A DNA stretch of 44,977 nt from an uncultured delta proteobacterium (lineage in GTDB: Bacteria > Desulfobacterota > RBG-13-43-22): positions 1 through 44,977 of the forward strand of contig CAVUPH010000001.1 in NCBI GenBank assembly GCA_963743305.1, written 5' to 3'. Below are positions 10,231 through 21,302 of the stretch, piece by piece. The translations under genes and the position numbers were made by a program. The notes beneath the pieces were generated by a model that ran no database searches, was not told where the DNA came from, and saw nothing but the letters and a program-made list of their open reading frames with translations. How positions within the stretch are numbered: the first letter of the stretch is position 1; each line of letters starts with the position of its first letter.

Positions 10231-10710
10231 ATGAGAATACCTGGCGTCAGACCGCCCAGACCCCAAATCCTTCGAAGAAGGAAGGCATTTACCCTGATCG
10301 AAACATTAATAGTGATGGCCATCATCGGCATAGTAAGCGCTATCGCCATCCCCCAAATGGGAATCCTCATGAGCAGGTATCGTCTGGATGGGGCTACCCG
10401 ATTGATCTGGGCCGATCTACAAAATGCCAGAATGACGGCCATCAAAGAAAACAGATCCATAAGTGCCCAATTTGACTATCTGGCCCACACTTATAGCGTT
10501 ACCCGGGTGGATACGGGGGAAACTATCCTGACCAGAAATCTAAACGGGGAGTACCCCGCAGTTTCGGCCTATAAAACCAATGGGGGAAGCATTACCTTTA
10601 CCTCCACAGGAGTGACCCTGAACAATGTCAATACCTCGGTCATCGCCGTTGGACCATCGGCATCCAAGACCATTGAAATAAAAGAGACGGGAAGGATATC
10701 GATCATTTGA
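10231..10710 (+). CDS. fimT: FimT/GspH-like minor pilin
   Basis: RRRKA|FTLIETLIVMAIIGIVSAIAIP type III signal; ADLQNARMTAIKEN; ITFTSTG. Confidence 0.85.
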   Translation: MRIPGVRPPRPQILRRRKAFTLIETLIVMAIIGIVSAIAIPQMGILMSRYRLDGATRLIWADLQNARMTAIKENRSISAQFDYLAHTYSVTRVDTGETILTRNLNGEYPAVSAYKTNGGSITFTSTGVTLNNVNTSVIAVGPSASKTIEIKETGRISII

Positions 10711-11144
10711 TGAGCCATCAATCGAAAAATACTAAAGGATTTACACTGATCGAATTCATGGTGGCCCTGCTTATCCTGGTAGTCGGGGTCCTTAGTTTGG
10801 GAGGCCTTCAAGTTACGGCCATAAAAGGAAACCTGGCCTCAAAAAACTTAACCACGGCGAATATCCTGGCCGAGAGAAGAGTGGAAGAATTTAAGACCAC
10901 CGCTACCTCTTCCACTGGTTTTAGCAGCCTGACCCTGATGAACAACCATGCGGATCCCAATAATCCCTTAAACTCAGACGGACTGGGGGGGAACGGGAAT
11001 AGTGGGAGGATCTTCAACCGCGCCTGGACCATAGAAACTTATGCCGGATCCGCAAATATGAAAAGAATAATCGTTACCGTTACCTGGCCGGAAGGGGGAC
11101 GAACACGTTCCACTTCAATGGACACGGTAATTGCCGCGCCATGA
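10707..11144 (+). CDS. pilV: PilV-like minor pilin
   Basis: KG|FTLIEFMVALLILVVGVLSLGGLQ; KRIIVTVTW. Confidence 0.85.
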   Translation: MMSHQSKNTKGFTLIEFMVALLILVVGVLSLGGLQVTAIKGNLASKNLTTANILAERRVEEFKTTATSSTGFSSLTLMNNHADPNNPLNSDGLGGNGNSGRIFNRAWTIETYAGSANMKRIIVTVTWPEGGRTRSTSMDTVIAAP

Positions 11145-11695
11145 AAAAGCCCAGGGGTTTTACAATAACCGAACTGCTGCTCACTTTGGGGCTTACCGTT
11201 TTGTTCCTGACCACCGCCGGCGGTGTCTTCATCAATTCCAATAAGAGCCGAGCCTCCCAGAACTTATCCATAGATATGCAGCAAAATGCCAGATCCGTGG
11301 TTGAGCTTGCCCTGCGGGAGATTAGAAGTCTGAAAACCATCTCCTGTATGGAAAATACCAGCAATCCCTGTTCCGGAAGCGATAAAATCTCTTTTTCCTC
11401 GGTTACGGACGCGGACATGCGCATATTCTCCTGGACTCCAGATCCCAATAGTCCGAATTCCCTTGTCCTGGAGTATAGTAAAGCTCCCTTGGGAGCGCCT
11501 AACAGAAGGGAATTGGCAAGAAGCATCGACAATTTTTCACTCACGCCCTACGACGGGAGTAATAACCCCACCACCGATCTCTCCCAAATAAAAAGGATAG
11601 ATGTAAAAATCATAGCCCGATCGGCCGCCGTGGATCCTATGACTCAGGCCTTCAAATACTATCGCACCACCGAAACGGTAAGCATTAGGAATTAA
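11141..11695 (+). CDS. pilW: PilW-like minor pilin
   Basis: RG|FTITELL; MQQNARS..REIR; C-terminal ..VSIRN. Confidence 0.85.
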   Translation: MKKPRGFTITELLLTLGLTVLFLTTAGGVFINSNKSRASQNLSIDMQQNARSVVELALREIRSLKTISCMENTSNPCSGSDKISFSSVTDADMRIFSWTPDPNSPNSLVLEYSKAPLGAPNRRELARSIDNFSLTPYDGSNNPTTDLSQIKRIDVKIIARSAAVDPMTQAFKYYRTTETVSIRN

Positions 11696-11707
11696 AGGAG
11701 GTTCCAG

Positions 11708-12895
11708 ATGAACGCGACCATAAAAAACCAAAAAGGATTAGCACTCATCACCGCACTCCTGATATTATTATCCCTTACCGTTATTGGGATTGTAGCGGTT
11801 AATTCTTCTAATATTGAAACGCTGATCACCACCAATACCAAGGTTTCGAAGCAGGCCTTTTTTCTGGCTGAAGCCGGGGTCCAGGAGGGCAAAGAAACCT
11901 TAAGAAAACGAATCCTGGATGAAGCCAGTACTCTCGACGCTCAAATCAATCTGGTCAAGGGTCCGGACGGCATTCTGGAAACGGCGGATGATCTCCCTTT
12001 TATCAGTAAGACTCTCGGCGTCGGGAGTTATATTGTCAAATTAACGGAACGCAGCGGAACAAATGTAACCCTCACTTCCACAGGCTCCGGTCCCCTCAAT
12101 TCCAGGGCCGTTGTCAAAATGACGGTCAATGTGGACACCACTCCCGCCCAGGCTGCTCAGACCACCACCACCACCACCTCCATCCCGCTTTTGGGGTAGG
12201 GCATCATTACCAATGGGGACCTGAGGGTCAATGGGTCTGCCAATATCAACGGGGGCACCCATACCAACGGAGTACCCGGTTTAACGGCAGCGGCACGGTT
12301 ACCGGTACCGTCAGCTCCCATGGCTCGATCACCACCAACGGCACCTGGAATATTGGAGCGAAGACCCCTAATGGCGCTACTGTCGATGTCCCCTCGGTTA
12401 CGGATACCTGGATGGCCCAATTAAAGGACTGCTGCCCAGGCCGCGGGTACTTACCACAGCGGCAATTACAATTTCAACGGCTCCGGCGACTTGGGCGGTC
12501 AGATCATTTTTGCGGAGGGAAATTTGACCCTTAACGGTTCCATCATCAACGGCACCATCGTGGCCACCGGAAACGTGACCATTAACGGCTCCTCCCAGAT
12601 CAACGGCAGCGGGGTCATCGGCACGGCCATTGTGGCCCAGGGAAACATCACCATGAATGGCTCCAGCGACAGCTATGGGGCTTTCTGGAGCAACGGCAGC
12701 TTTGTCCAAAATGGGTCCAGCCGGGTCGTCGGCTCCATTGTCAGCATAGGAGATATTACTCGAAACGGCAGTTTCAATTTCACCGCCAGCAACAACATCC
12801 AAAACGACAACCTACCAACGGTCACCACCACAGTCACGATCCCCGGCAACCCCGGCAGCAACACGTTTGCCGTCGTGGGCTGGAAGCAGGGATAA
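11708..12895 (+). CDS. pilX: PilX-like minor pilin with repetitive beta-rich C-terminal domain (interrupted in this assembly)
   Basis: QKG|LALITALLILL..QAFFLAEAGVQ; continues after 12199 as GIITNGDLRVNGSANING and IVAxGNxTxNGS repeats; ends FAVVGWKQG. Confidence 0.75.
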
Positions 12896-13024
12896 ATTCA
12901 ATCAGGGCCCCATCGGCATAACCCGAGGGATCCCCGAGGTCTCAGTGTCTTGGAAGAAGGAAAACCCTCGCCCACTTAATTCATATTTAATTCCCCGGAT
13001 TGTTTTGCCGATAAGATAATTAAT

Positions 13025-13225
13025 CCCCCATGGCCCGGGGCGGGCATTTGCGAAGCATGAAAATGATTTTACACGAGTCGAGTCATCTCGTCATTCCGAC
13101 AAGCGAAGCGCGATCGGAATCCAGGCCGCGGTTAAGCTTCATAGGATCTGGATGCCGGATCGAGTCCGGGATGACAAGGCAAGAACAACAGCCCAAAGCG
13201 TTGTCTGACTTTATTTTCGTATTAA
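13025..13225. repeat. composite intergenic repeat: CCCCATGGCCC..ATGAAAAT / GTCATTCCG-type REP (13090-13175) / TTATTTTCGTATTAA
   Basis: GTCATTCCG...CGGGATGAC inverted ends; both outer segments recur around 44728-44950. Confidence 0.7.
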
Positions 13226-13244
13226 GTACCTATAGAGGGGACCT

Positions 13245-15129
13245 ATGAAACCAGCAACAAGAATAATTCTATCGGCCCTCCTGATTCTTACCGGCGCCTA
13301 TCCCCTGGGGGCTCGCAGTTCCTGGGCCTTCAATTTTACAGTAAACAGCTTTGACGATGCGGCGGATGCCAATCCCGGCAATACGTTCTGCGAAACAGCG
13401 CCCGGAAACGGCATCTGCACTTTACGGGCTGCCATCCAGGAAGCCAATTCCTTCCCCATTCAACATAACATCGCCCTGCCTGCCGGGACCTACCTCCTGT
13501 CCTTGGGAGAACTCCTGGTAAAAGAGAATATTACAATCAACGGTACGATAAACGAATCAGGGCAGGCCATCACCACTATTGACGGAAACAATGCTTCCCG
13601 GATCTTCAAAGTCGGCGAGGGGACACCCTTGACCCTCAACAGCCTGAAGCTTCAAAACGGAGCCCACACCGCCGATGGGCCCAAATCCGGAGGTGGAGCG
13701 ATTTACAATGAAGGCACGTTGAGCGCACTGAATGTGACTTTGACCGGAAATCATGGAATAGACGCCGCCGGCAACGAAAGTTATGGCGGTGGCATTTTTA
13801 ATAACGGGTCTTTAAACTTAAGCTATTGCATTTTAAACAATAATCAGGCCGCTAATGGGGGGGGCCTTTATAATAACGGTACGGCCACTATCAAAAATGT
13901 GCCCTTTAATGGGAATAGTGCCGGATCCGGATCTCGCATAGGAGGCGGCATCTATAATAGCGGCACCTTAACCCTCGAAAAATCTACCATCACAAGGGTC
14001 CCTGGCCGGAACCGGTGGAGGGCTCTATAACGACGGTATCATGGACCTGACCAATGTCACTCTCAGCGGAAACGGCGCGACCAGTTTCGGAGGCGGCATC
14101 TATAATGGATCGATATCAACCGCAGGCGTTGTAGCTCAAACCACTTTGACCAATGTGACCATAAGTAATAATACGGCGCCTAGTCTAATGGCGGCGGCGG
14201 CATTTTTAATAAGACCCGGCAACGCCATTGAAGTCAAGAACACCATCATCGCCGATAACGTTGGATTCAATTGTGACGGTGTCGCCATAAACTCCAATGG
14301 TCATAATCTCGATGACGATTTTTCCTGTGGGCTGTCACATCCGACAGATCTATTCCCTCAAAACCCGAACCTTGGACCGTTACAGGACAACGGCGGACCA
14401 ACCTTCACTCAGGTATTAGGCCTGGACCTCGCAAAAAATGTCGGAACCGGTTGTCCGCCCACAGACCAGCGGGGGTATCCCCGCCTTCCAAACAACTGTG
14501 ACATCGGCGCCTATGAGGATACGACCGACAATCCCGTTCCGGCCATAACTACCTTGTTCCCCAATTCGAAACCGGCTAATGATCCGGCCTTCAAGCTGAC
14601 GGTCAACGGCTATACGTATGGTACTTTTGGGGCCGGATCGGTGATCCATTGGAATGGGAATCCCAAAACAACGACCTTTGTGAACACCTCTCAGCTTACG
14701 GCAGACATACCCGCATCCGACCTGACCTTGGCCGGACCGGTCAAGGTCACGGTTGTCAATCCGGGGCAGGGAGGAGGTGTCTCGAACGAGGTGGTCTTTA
14801 CCGTAACCCGCACCAATCCCATTCCGACGATTACCAGCCTTGACCCCGCTGCACGCCCGGCCGGCGGACCCGACTTCACACTGACAGTGGACGGCAGTGG
14901 TTTTGTGGACCAATCTTCGGTGATCCGTTGGAATGGTATCGCCAGGCCGACGACCTTTATAAGCGATTCCCAGCTTACGGCCGACATCCCCGCGGCCGAC
15001 CTGGCTGTGATGGGCACGGCCTCGGTCACGGTCTCCAATTCGCCTCCGGGCGGGGGGATCTCGGATCCGCCGGCTACCTTCACCATCGGACCCCCCATTC
15101 TATACCTCCCCATAATAATGAGAAATTAG
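13245..15129 (+). CDS. secreted CSLREA-domain / polymorphic beta-helix (choice-of-anchor Q-like) protein with two IPT/TIG domains; frameshifted
   Basis: Signal peptide; FTVNSFDD..CTLRAAIQEAN; GGAIYN repeats; LGPLQDNGGPT..DQRGYPR..CDIGAYE; two NPxPxITxL..IxWNG..QLTADIPA repeats. Confidence 0.85.
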
Positions 15130-15199
15130 GGCCTGCGAAATCTGTGGGTACGTTGGGGATCTTCTGCGGCCCAATGGGGACGTTTTGATGCCGAGTATT

Positions 15200-15455
15200 G
15201 GCGGAAATTGATTGAGATGCGGGGTAGATTTGCGTGTACGAGTACGTGTACGAGTAAGGAACCCCATAATGATCAAACGGTTTGATCATGCGCGTCTGAG
15301 CGGATGCTTGTTGCCTGGACAGCAAAGCCTAATAGAAGAATAGTGGGGCAGAAGTGGTGACGCCCTACTCGTACACTTACTCGTACACGCCAATCTCTCT
15401 TAGGGGTTTGGCAACGGTGTCCGGCCTGTAGCGATTCAGCATCCCCAAATCCCGC
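15200..15455 (+). mobile_element. hairpin-armed four-helix-bundle element, copy A (internally deleted)
   Basis: Arms GCGTGTACGAGTACGTGTACGAGTA (15232-15256) and its inverse (15366-15390); encloses mini-ORF 15269-15343 MIKRFDHARL...QQSLIEE*. Confidence 0.75.
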
Positions 15456-15577
15456 GGTCTCTAATCTCCCCCTCGGCTCCCTTTCCATTGACCCCTCCCC
15501 CTGATTCCACTATAATCCCCAAATTGGAGTGCGCTCCGGCCTGAGCCTCTTCGGCGGAGTCGCCGACGATAGCGCAT

Positions 15578-15619
15578 TTCGTCATTCGAAATTCAGTGTT
15601 CGATATTCGATATTCGTTT
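15578..15619. repeat. heptamer tandem repeat (TTCGATA-like) x6
   Basis: ttcgtca ttcgaaa ttcagtg ttcgata ttcgata ttcgttt. Confidence 0.8.
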
Positions 15620-15646
15620 TTGTTTTCATCCATAGGAAAGCCCATT

Positions 15647-18260
15647 ATGACCACCCAGCGCCCATCCGACCCGCCCGTCCGCAACCTCGAGCAGAGCCCC
15701 AACCCGGACGCCCTGATCCAGGCACTTCAAGAAGGCTCCCGGCAAATTATGGCCCACGGCGATTTTAAGGAGACGGCCCGGGCCATTTATTCCATTCTGA
15801 AAAAATATTTAGGTTGCGTGGCGGGTTATGTGGCCCTTCTTTCCATGGATGAAAAAACCAACGAACTGCTATTTCTGGATGCGGGAGGCTTACCCTGCCG
15901 GGTGGACCCAAATCTGCCTATGCCGGTACGGGGAATGCGCGCCGAGGCTTACCGCAGCGGTAAGGTCATTTACGACAATAATTTTCCCGAGAGCCCCTGG
16001 GCCGACTTCCTGCCGAAGGAACATGCCCGGCTGGAGAGTGTTCTCTTCGCCCCCCTTAAAATCCAGGAAAAGGTGGTGGGGGTGATCGGCCTGGCCAATA
16101 AACCCGGCGGGTTCACCGATCAGGACGCCCAGGCCGCGGGTATTTTTGGAGAACTGGCCGCTATCGCCTTTGATAAGCTGCAAACCGCCGAGCGGCTCAA
16201 AATCAGCGAAGAGCACTTTCGGGCCGTGGTCCAGACGGCCACGGACGCGATCATTTCAAGCAACCCGGAAGGACGGATCAGCTTCTGGAACAGCAAGGCT
16301 GAAGCGCTTTTCGGTTATTCCGCAGCGGAGATCCTGGGAAAACCGTCCGCTATCCTCATGCCTGAAAGCTACCGGGAAAGACATGACTCGGCCCTGGAGC
16401 GGATTCGGAGCGACGGGATCTTGCGCCTGGGCGGAAAAACCATGGAGGTCATCGGTAGGCACCGCGACGGCCATGAATTCCCTATTGAAATCTCCCTTTC
16501 CTCCTGGCGGTCGAACGGGCAGGTCCATTTTACCGCCATCATTCGGGATATCAGCGAACGCCACAAAGCGGAGAACGAGCACCGGCGGATCGAGGAGGCT
16601 CAACAGTTTTTGCTGCAATGCGGATATCTGCATCCGGGCGAGAATTTTTTCGAATCATTGGCCCGCTACCTCGCGCAGAGCCTGGAAATGGATTATGTCT
16701 GCATCGATCGACTGGAGGGTGACGAGCTGACCGCCCGGACGGTGGCCATCTACTTTGATGGAAAATTTGAGGATAACATCGAATACGCACTTAAGGATAC
16801 CCCCTGCGGCGAGTCACTAGGAAAGACGATTTGTTGTTTTCCCAAGGAGGTCCGCTATTTGTTTCCAGGGGATGCGTTGCTTCAGGAGATACGGGCCGAG
16901 AGTTATGTGGGGGCCACCCTTTGGAATTTCGAGGGGAAGCCGATCGGTCTGATCGCGATTATCGGCGCGCAGGCCCCTGGTGAACCCCCATCTCGCGGAA
17001 TCCATACTGAAACTGGTGGCCGTGCGCGCGGCCGGCGAACTGGAACGCAAGGAGGCGGAAGAAGCCCTAAATCAGGCCCACATCCGTCTGGAGGATAAAA
17101 TCCTGGAGCGCACCGCCGAACTGACCCGGGTGAACGAACAGCTTAGGAATGAAATCAAGACCCGCGTTCATATACAAAATGCCTTAGCGGAAAGTGAACA
17201 GAAGTTTCGGGCGATTTTCAACCAGACTTTTCAGGTCATCGCCCTGCTCAAGCCGGATGGGACCGTCTTGGAAATCAACCAGACGGCCCTGGACTACTTC
17301 CAAATCAATTATCAGGACTCTCTGGGGAAACCCTTATGGGATCTCCGCGGGAACGATACCCCCGAAGTCAACCGGGCAATGGTCAAAGAAGCCATCGCGC
17401 AAGCGGCCGGCGGGCAACTGGTGCGATTCGAAATCCAGATCTCTTTTGCTCGGGGAATTTCCCGAACAATGGATCTATCGATCAAGCCGGTTTATAACCC
17501 GGGAGGACGGGTCCCCATGCTGATCATTGAGGGCCGGGATTTAACCGAACCGGAAACAGACCCAAACGGCACTGGAAAAATCGGAGAAGCAACTGCGTCT
17601 GCTTTCTTCCCAGATATTGCAGACCCAGGAAAACGAACGGAAAAGGATTGCCCATGAACTGCACGACGGAATAGGACAATTTTTAAGCGCCATCAAGTAC
17701 CGGATCGAGCATCTGATCCTGACCCATTCGGCTGAAGGAAGAGTCCCCCTTGGCGAAACCTCCTCTCTAATGAAGATCATCCCGATCATTCAGGGGGCCA
17801 TCGAAGAAATACGCCGGATTTGTATGGACTTGCGGCCCAGCACCCTGGACGACCTCGGGATTCTGGCCACTATTTCCTGGTTCTGCCGTGAATTTCAGAA
17901 CACCTATCCCGGCATCCTGATTAAACAAGAAATTCAGGTAGAAGAAGGGCAAATCCCCCTCCTCTTGAAAACCGTAATTTTTCGCATCATTCAGGAGTCT
18001 TTGAACAACATCGCCAAACACAGTCAAGCCGGTAAAATCAACCTGAATTTAGCCCAGAAGGATCATCGTCTCCATTTGAATATTCGAGATAACGGTTTGG
18101 GATTTACCCTAAAAAATGCTTTCCCTTTGGATGGCTCCACTCGGGGCATGGGTCTGACCAGCATGAAAGAGCGGGCTAAGTTCTCGGGGGGGCACTGACG
18201 ATCCACTCCCAACCGGGGAAAGGCACCCGGATTCAGGCCTCCTGGCCTTTAGGGGGGTGA
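15647..18260 (+). CDS. GAF-PAS-GAF-PAS HisKA_3 sensor histidine kinase (three frameshifts in this assembly)
   Basis: GAF (GVIGLANKPGGF), PAS (WNSKAEALFGY..FPIEISLS), GAF (TPCG), PAS, QENERKRIAHELHDGIGQ, IRDNGLG; ends PGKGTRIQASWPLGG*. Confidence 0.85.
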
Positions 18261-18415
18261 AGAGAAAAACGTTCGGGGTTTAGTGATCCGCGACCCGTAA
18301 CGTGTCCGTTGATGCAACCGGCAGGTCGCCCCTGCTTCTCCGCTTCGGTCTCTAATCCATCAGTTAGATCAGGCAGGGAAAATCAGCAATACGGGCTTTG
18401 GGGAAGTCGCGGTAT

Positions 18416-18447
18416 TTCCATTATTCCATCATTCCATTCTTCCGATT
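18416..18447. repeat. octamer tandem repeat (TTCCATYM) x4
   Basis: ttccatta ttccatca ttccattc ttccgatt. Confidence 0.7.
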
Positions 18448-18485
18448 CAGTTCCTCGTCATTAATCCGGCATCAGGGCAAGGCCC

Positions 18486-19139
18486 TTACTTAACCACCAG
18501 CCCTTTTTCCAGGGCGTAAGCGGTCACCTCCGAGACATTGTGGAAATTCAACTTTACCATCAGGTTAGCCCGGTGTTTCTCAACGGTCTTGGGACTAATC
18601 ACCAGCAGTTCGGCAATTTCCTTATTTCGAGCTCCCTCTGCTATGAGCTTCAATACTTCCCGTTCCCTTGAGGTCAGGTTATCCCAAGTACCCGGGACCT
18701 TTTCCGTCTTTCTTCCCTCTAGATACCCCTCGATGACACTTCCCGAAATGCCCGGGCTCAAATACCGTTTCCCGCCCAAGACGATTTTCACAGCGGCCAT
18801 CATCTCCTGAGCATTGGCATCTTTGAGGAGATACCCGTCCGCCCCAGCCCTCAAGGTGGTCAGGATATACTCTTCGGTTTTATGGACCGTCAGAGACAAA
18901 ACCTTCGTCTCAGGCCAGCGACGCTTTATTTCCCGAATGGCCTCCATCCCGTCCATACGCGGCATGGAAAGATCCATCATTACCAGGTCCGGGGCTAATT
19001 TTTCCACCTGGTTAATGGCTTCCCGGCCGTCCCCGGCCTCCCCGACAATTTCGAGTTCCGGATCGGTGGTCAGGAGGGCCTTCAACCCCTCCCGGAGGAT
19101 GGTGTGGTCTTCGACGATCAGTATTTTCTTTGTTTCCAT
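18486..19139 (-). CDS. NarL/LuxR-family response regulator
   Basis: IVEDHTILREG, MDLSMP, LTSREREVLKLIAEG..ISPKTVEKHRANLM. Confidence 0.93.
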   Translation of the reverse strand: METKKILIVEDHTILREGLKALLTTDPELEIVGEAGDGREAINQVEKLAPDLVMMDLSMPRMDGMEAIREIKRRWPETKVLSLTVHKTEEYILTTLRAGADGYLLKDANAQEMMAAVKIVLGGKRYLSPGISGSVIEGYLEGRKTEKVPGTWDNLTSREREVLKLIAEGARNKEIAELLVISPKTVEKHRANLMVKLNFHNVSEVTAYALEKGLVVK

Positions 19140-19414
19140 AAAAATACACCCTTTCTCCGGGAAATATACCAAGTTTTCCCTATTTATCATATCCATCGTC
19201 CCCTGTAAAGTGGTTATAACTTTAGGTTTCGAGGCCCAAGTCCTTTATCGTGGCGGGGACTCGCGAAGCATGACGATAAAAATCCTAACTGATTAACATT
19301 AAAAGTTAATAATCTATTGTTCATTATCAACTACTAATAAAAACGTATTGCCGAGTACTATTTCCGCGTTACCTAATAGGACTCACTGCCGCCCTTACAC
19401 TAGAGGATAAACCT

Positions 19415-19801
19415 ATGGTCACCGCCCTGCTGGTTGAAGATAACGAATTCTTTCGCAAATCCTTCAAAAAAATACTGAACGATCGGTTTCCCTTCTTAAT
19501 AGTTATCGAGGCCGGCACCTGCCGGGAAGGCCTTCAAATGTGCCGAGAAAGCTTCCCGGATCTGATCTTCGCCGATATCAATCTTCCGGACGGCAACGGT
19601 TTGGAATTATCCCGAACCCTGCGGTTACAATACCCCGAAACCACTATTTTGATTTTGACCAGCTACGACCTACCGGAATACCGTCAAGCCGCCGTGGCCA
19701 ACGGGGCCAATTATTTTTTCCCTAAGGATTCCAATCACGAAGTGATCCTTTCCATGGTGGAATCTGAAATTTGTAGAGATATATCATCACCAGCCAGTTA
19801 G
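19415..19801 (+). CDS. single-domain response regulator receiver
   Basis: LLVEDN..DINLPDGNG..ILTS..FFPK. Confidence 0.88.
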   Translation: MVTALLVEDNEFFRKSFKKILNDRFPFLIVIEAGTCREGLQMCRESFPDLIFADINLPDGNGLELSRTLRLQYPETTILILTSYDLPEYRQAAVANGANYFFPKDSNHEVILSMVESEICRDISSPAS

Positions 19802-19989
19802 CCTACCATTTACTTCGGTTAGGAAGTAGTCCAGGGGCACCGGGGTAGAACCCGGCCAAGGATCTATTTTTCTTCCTTTTTCTTCCCCTACCATTTCTCT
19901 TTTCTAATATTCTTCCGTTTCAGAGAACCGCTGACCGATTTATGGTTTCTCCGGGAGGGCAGCCATGGCCCGAAAACGATGTGAGTCAA

Positions 19990-20627
19990 GTACCTCCGGC
20001 AAAGCCGGAGGCTTGAAATTGTGAACCGCTCAAAGCGGATTATTTATTCACCATCTGAAGATGGTTTATCTGTGGTCGGTTTATCTTCTTCCGGAAACAG
20101 TTCGATCTGGTCCAGATGATGATCCTCTTTTTCTTGATTCTTAATATAATTTCGGGTAGCTACTTCATCCTTGCCCACGGTTGAAACATAGTATCCCCTG
20201 GCCCAAAAATGTTGACCGACAAAGTTCTTTTTTCGTCCCAGATAAACTCGGGCAATGTGGATCGCACTCTTTCCCTTGAGATACCCCACGACTTGGGCGA
20301 CCGCATATTTGGGGGGTATCGAGATCAAAATATGCACATGATCCGACAAGAGGTGCCCTTCGATAATGGCGCATTCCTTTTGGGCAGCCAATTCTTTGAA
20401 CAACTCCCCTAGATATTGGCGCAGATGACCATATAATGTTTTTTTTCGATACTTCGGTATCCAGACTATATGATATTTGCATTCCCACTTGGTATGGCTT
20501 AAACTCCTTGGTGTTCCATGAAAGCCTCCTTCTCTGTAAACTTTGAGCGGTTCACAGTCGGGAGGCTTTCCTATATTCCCGGAATTGTCAAACTTTTGGA
20601 GTCCCCCGGCCTAGCCGGGGGTTTACC
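19990..20627 (-). mobile_element. IS200/IS605-family element (tnpA only)
   Basis: Terminal hairpins CCTCCGGC-AAA-GCCGGAGG (19993-20011) and CCCCCGGC-CTA-GCCGGGGG (20603-20621) flank tnpA; boundaries approximate. Confidence 0.8.
20044..20519 (-). CDS. tnpA: Y1 HUH transposase (frameshift just after ATG)
   Basis: SLSHTKWECKYHIVWIPKYRKK, DHVHILISIPPKY, KGKS, FWARGYYVSTVG, YIKNQ. Confidence 0.92.
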
Positions 20628-20803
20628 TTAAAGAAATTAATTAAAATTGGCCTCCACCACGAATTCGGGAGCCAATTTCATCTATTTACCTTTAATTCTT
20701 AAACATTAACCATCAACTTGGGCAAAGTCAGTTTAATGGATTGACAACCCTTTAATGTAATGCTAATTTTTATATGTACTGCATATTTACAAGGAGTAAG
20801 AAA

Positions 20804-21055
20804 ATGGAAGCAGCAAAACTTACTTTTAAAGGACAGGTAACCATCCCCAAGAAAGTACGGACCGCCTTAGGGATTCAGGCGGGTGATTTGGTTATCTTTT
20901 CTGTGGAGGGGGGAAAGGCCGTCCTAGAACCCTTTATAAAAAAGTCGTTGCTCGATTTCTATGGGACTCTGCCGGTTATACGAAAATACCCCGGTTTTGT
21001 GGCCACGCGCCGGGAAGTACATCAGAAAATTTCCAAGTGGAGCAGGCTAACCTGA
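20804..21055 (+). CDS. AbrB/MazE/SpoVT-family antitoxin
   Basis: AKLTFKGQVTIPKKVRTALGIQAGD. Confidence 0.88.
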   Translation: MEAAKLTFKGQVTIPKKVRTALGIQAGDLVIFSVEGGKAVLEPFIKKSLLDFYGTLPVIRKYPGFVATRREVHQKISKWSRLT

Positions 21056-21219
21056 TTCAGGAGGCCTTGAGCCTTTATCAGAAGAACAACCTGGATTTTG
21101 CCGATGCCTTAATGGCCGCTACCGCGTTACGAAAGGGGCCCCTTTTCGTTTATTCATTTGATCGCCACTTTAATCGAGTGGCCGGCATTGAACGCCTGGA
21201 ACCCCCGATATTACTTTAG
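21037..21219 (+). pseudogene. C-terminal half of a PIN (VapC) toxin
   Basis: LDFADAL..YSFDRHF..GIERLEP; N-terminal catalytic D motif missing. Confidence 0.8.
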
Positions 21220-21302
21220 CAGGGCCATCCGCCCGAGATTTTTCACTTGCCCTTTGCAATCAAAACGATTACAATGCAATCATTATTTTCGGGAGGATCG
21301 CC

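Noticed and set aside
12197-12199. In-frame TAG in pilX as pyrrolysine or read-through
   Set aside because: Two compensating indels in adjacent homopolymers (restoring IPAFGVG) explain it, more frameshifts follow, and no pyl genes are visible.
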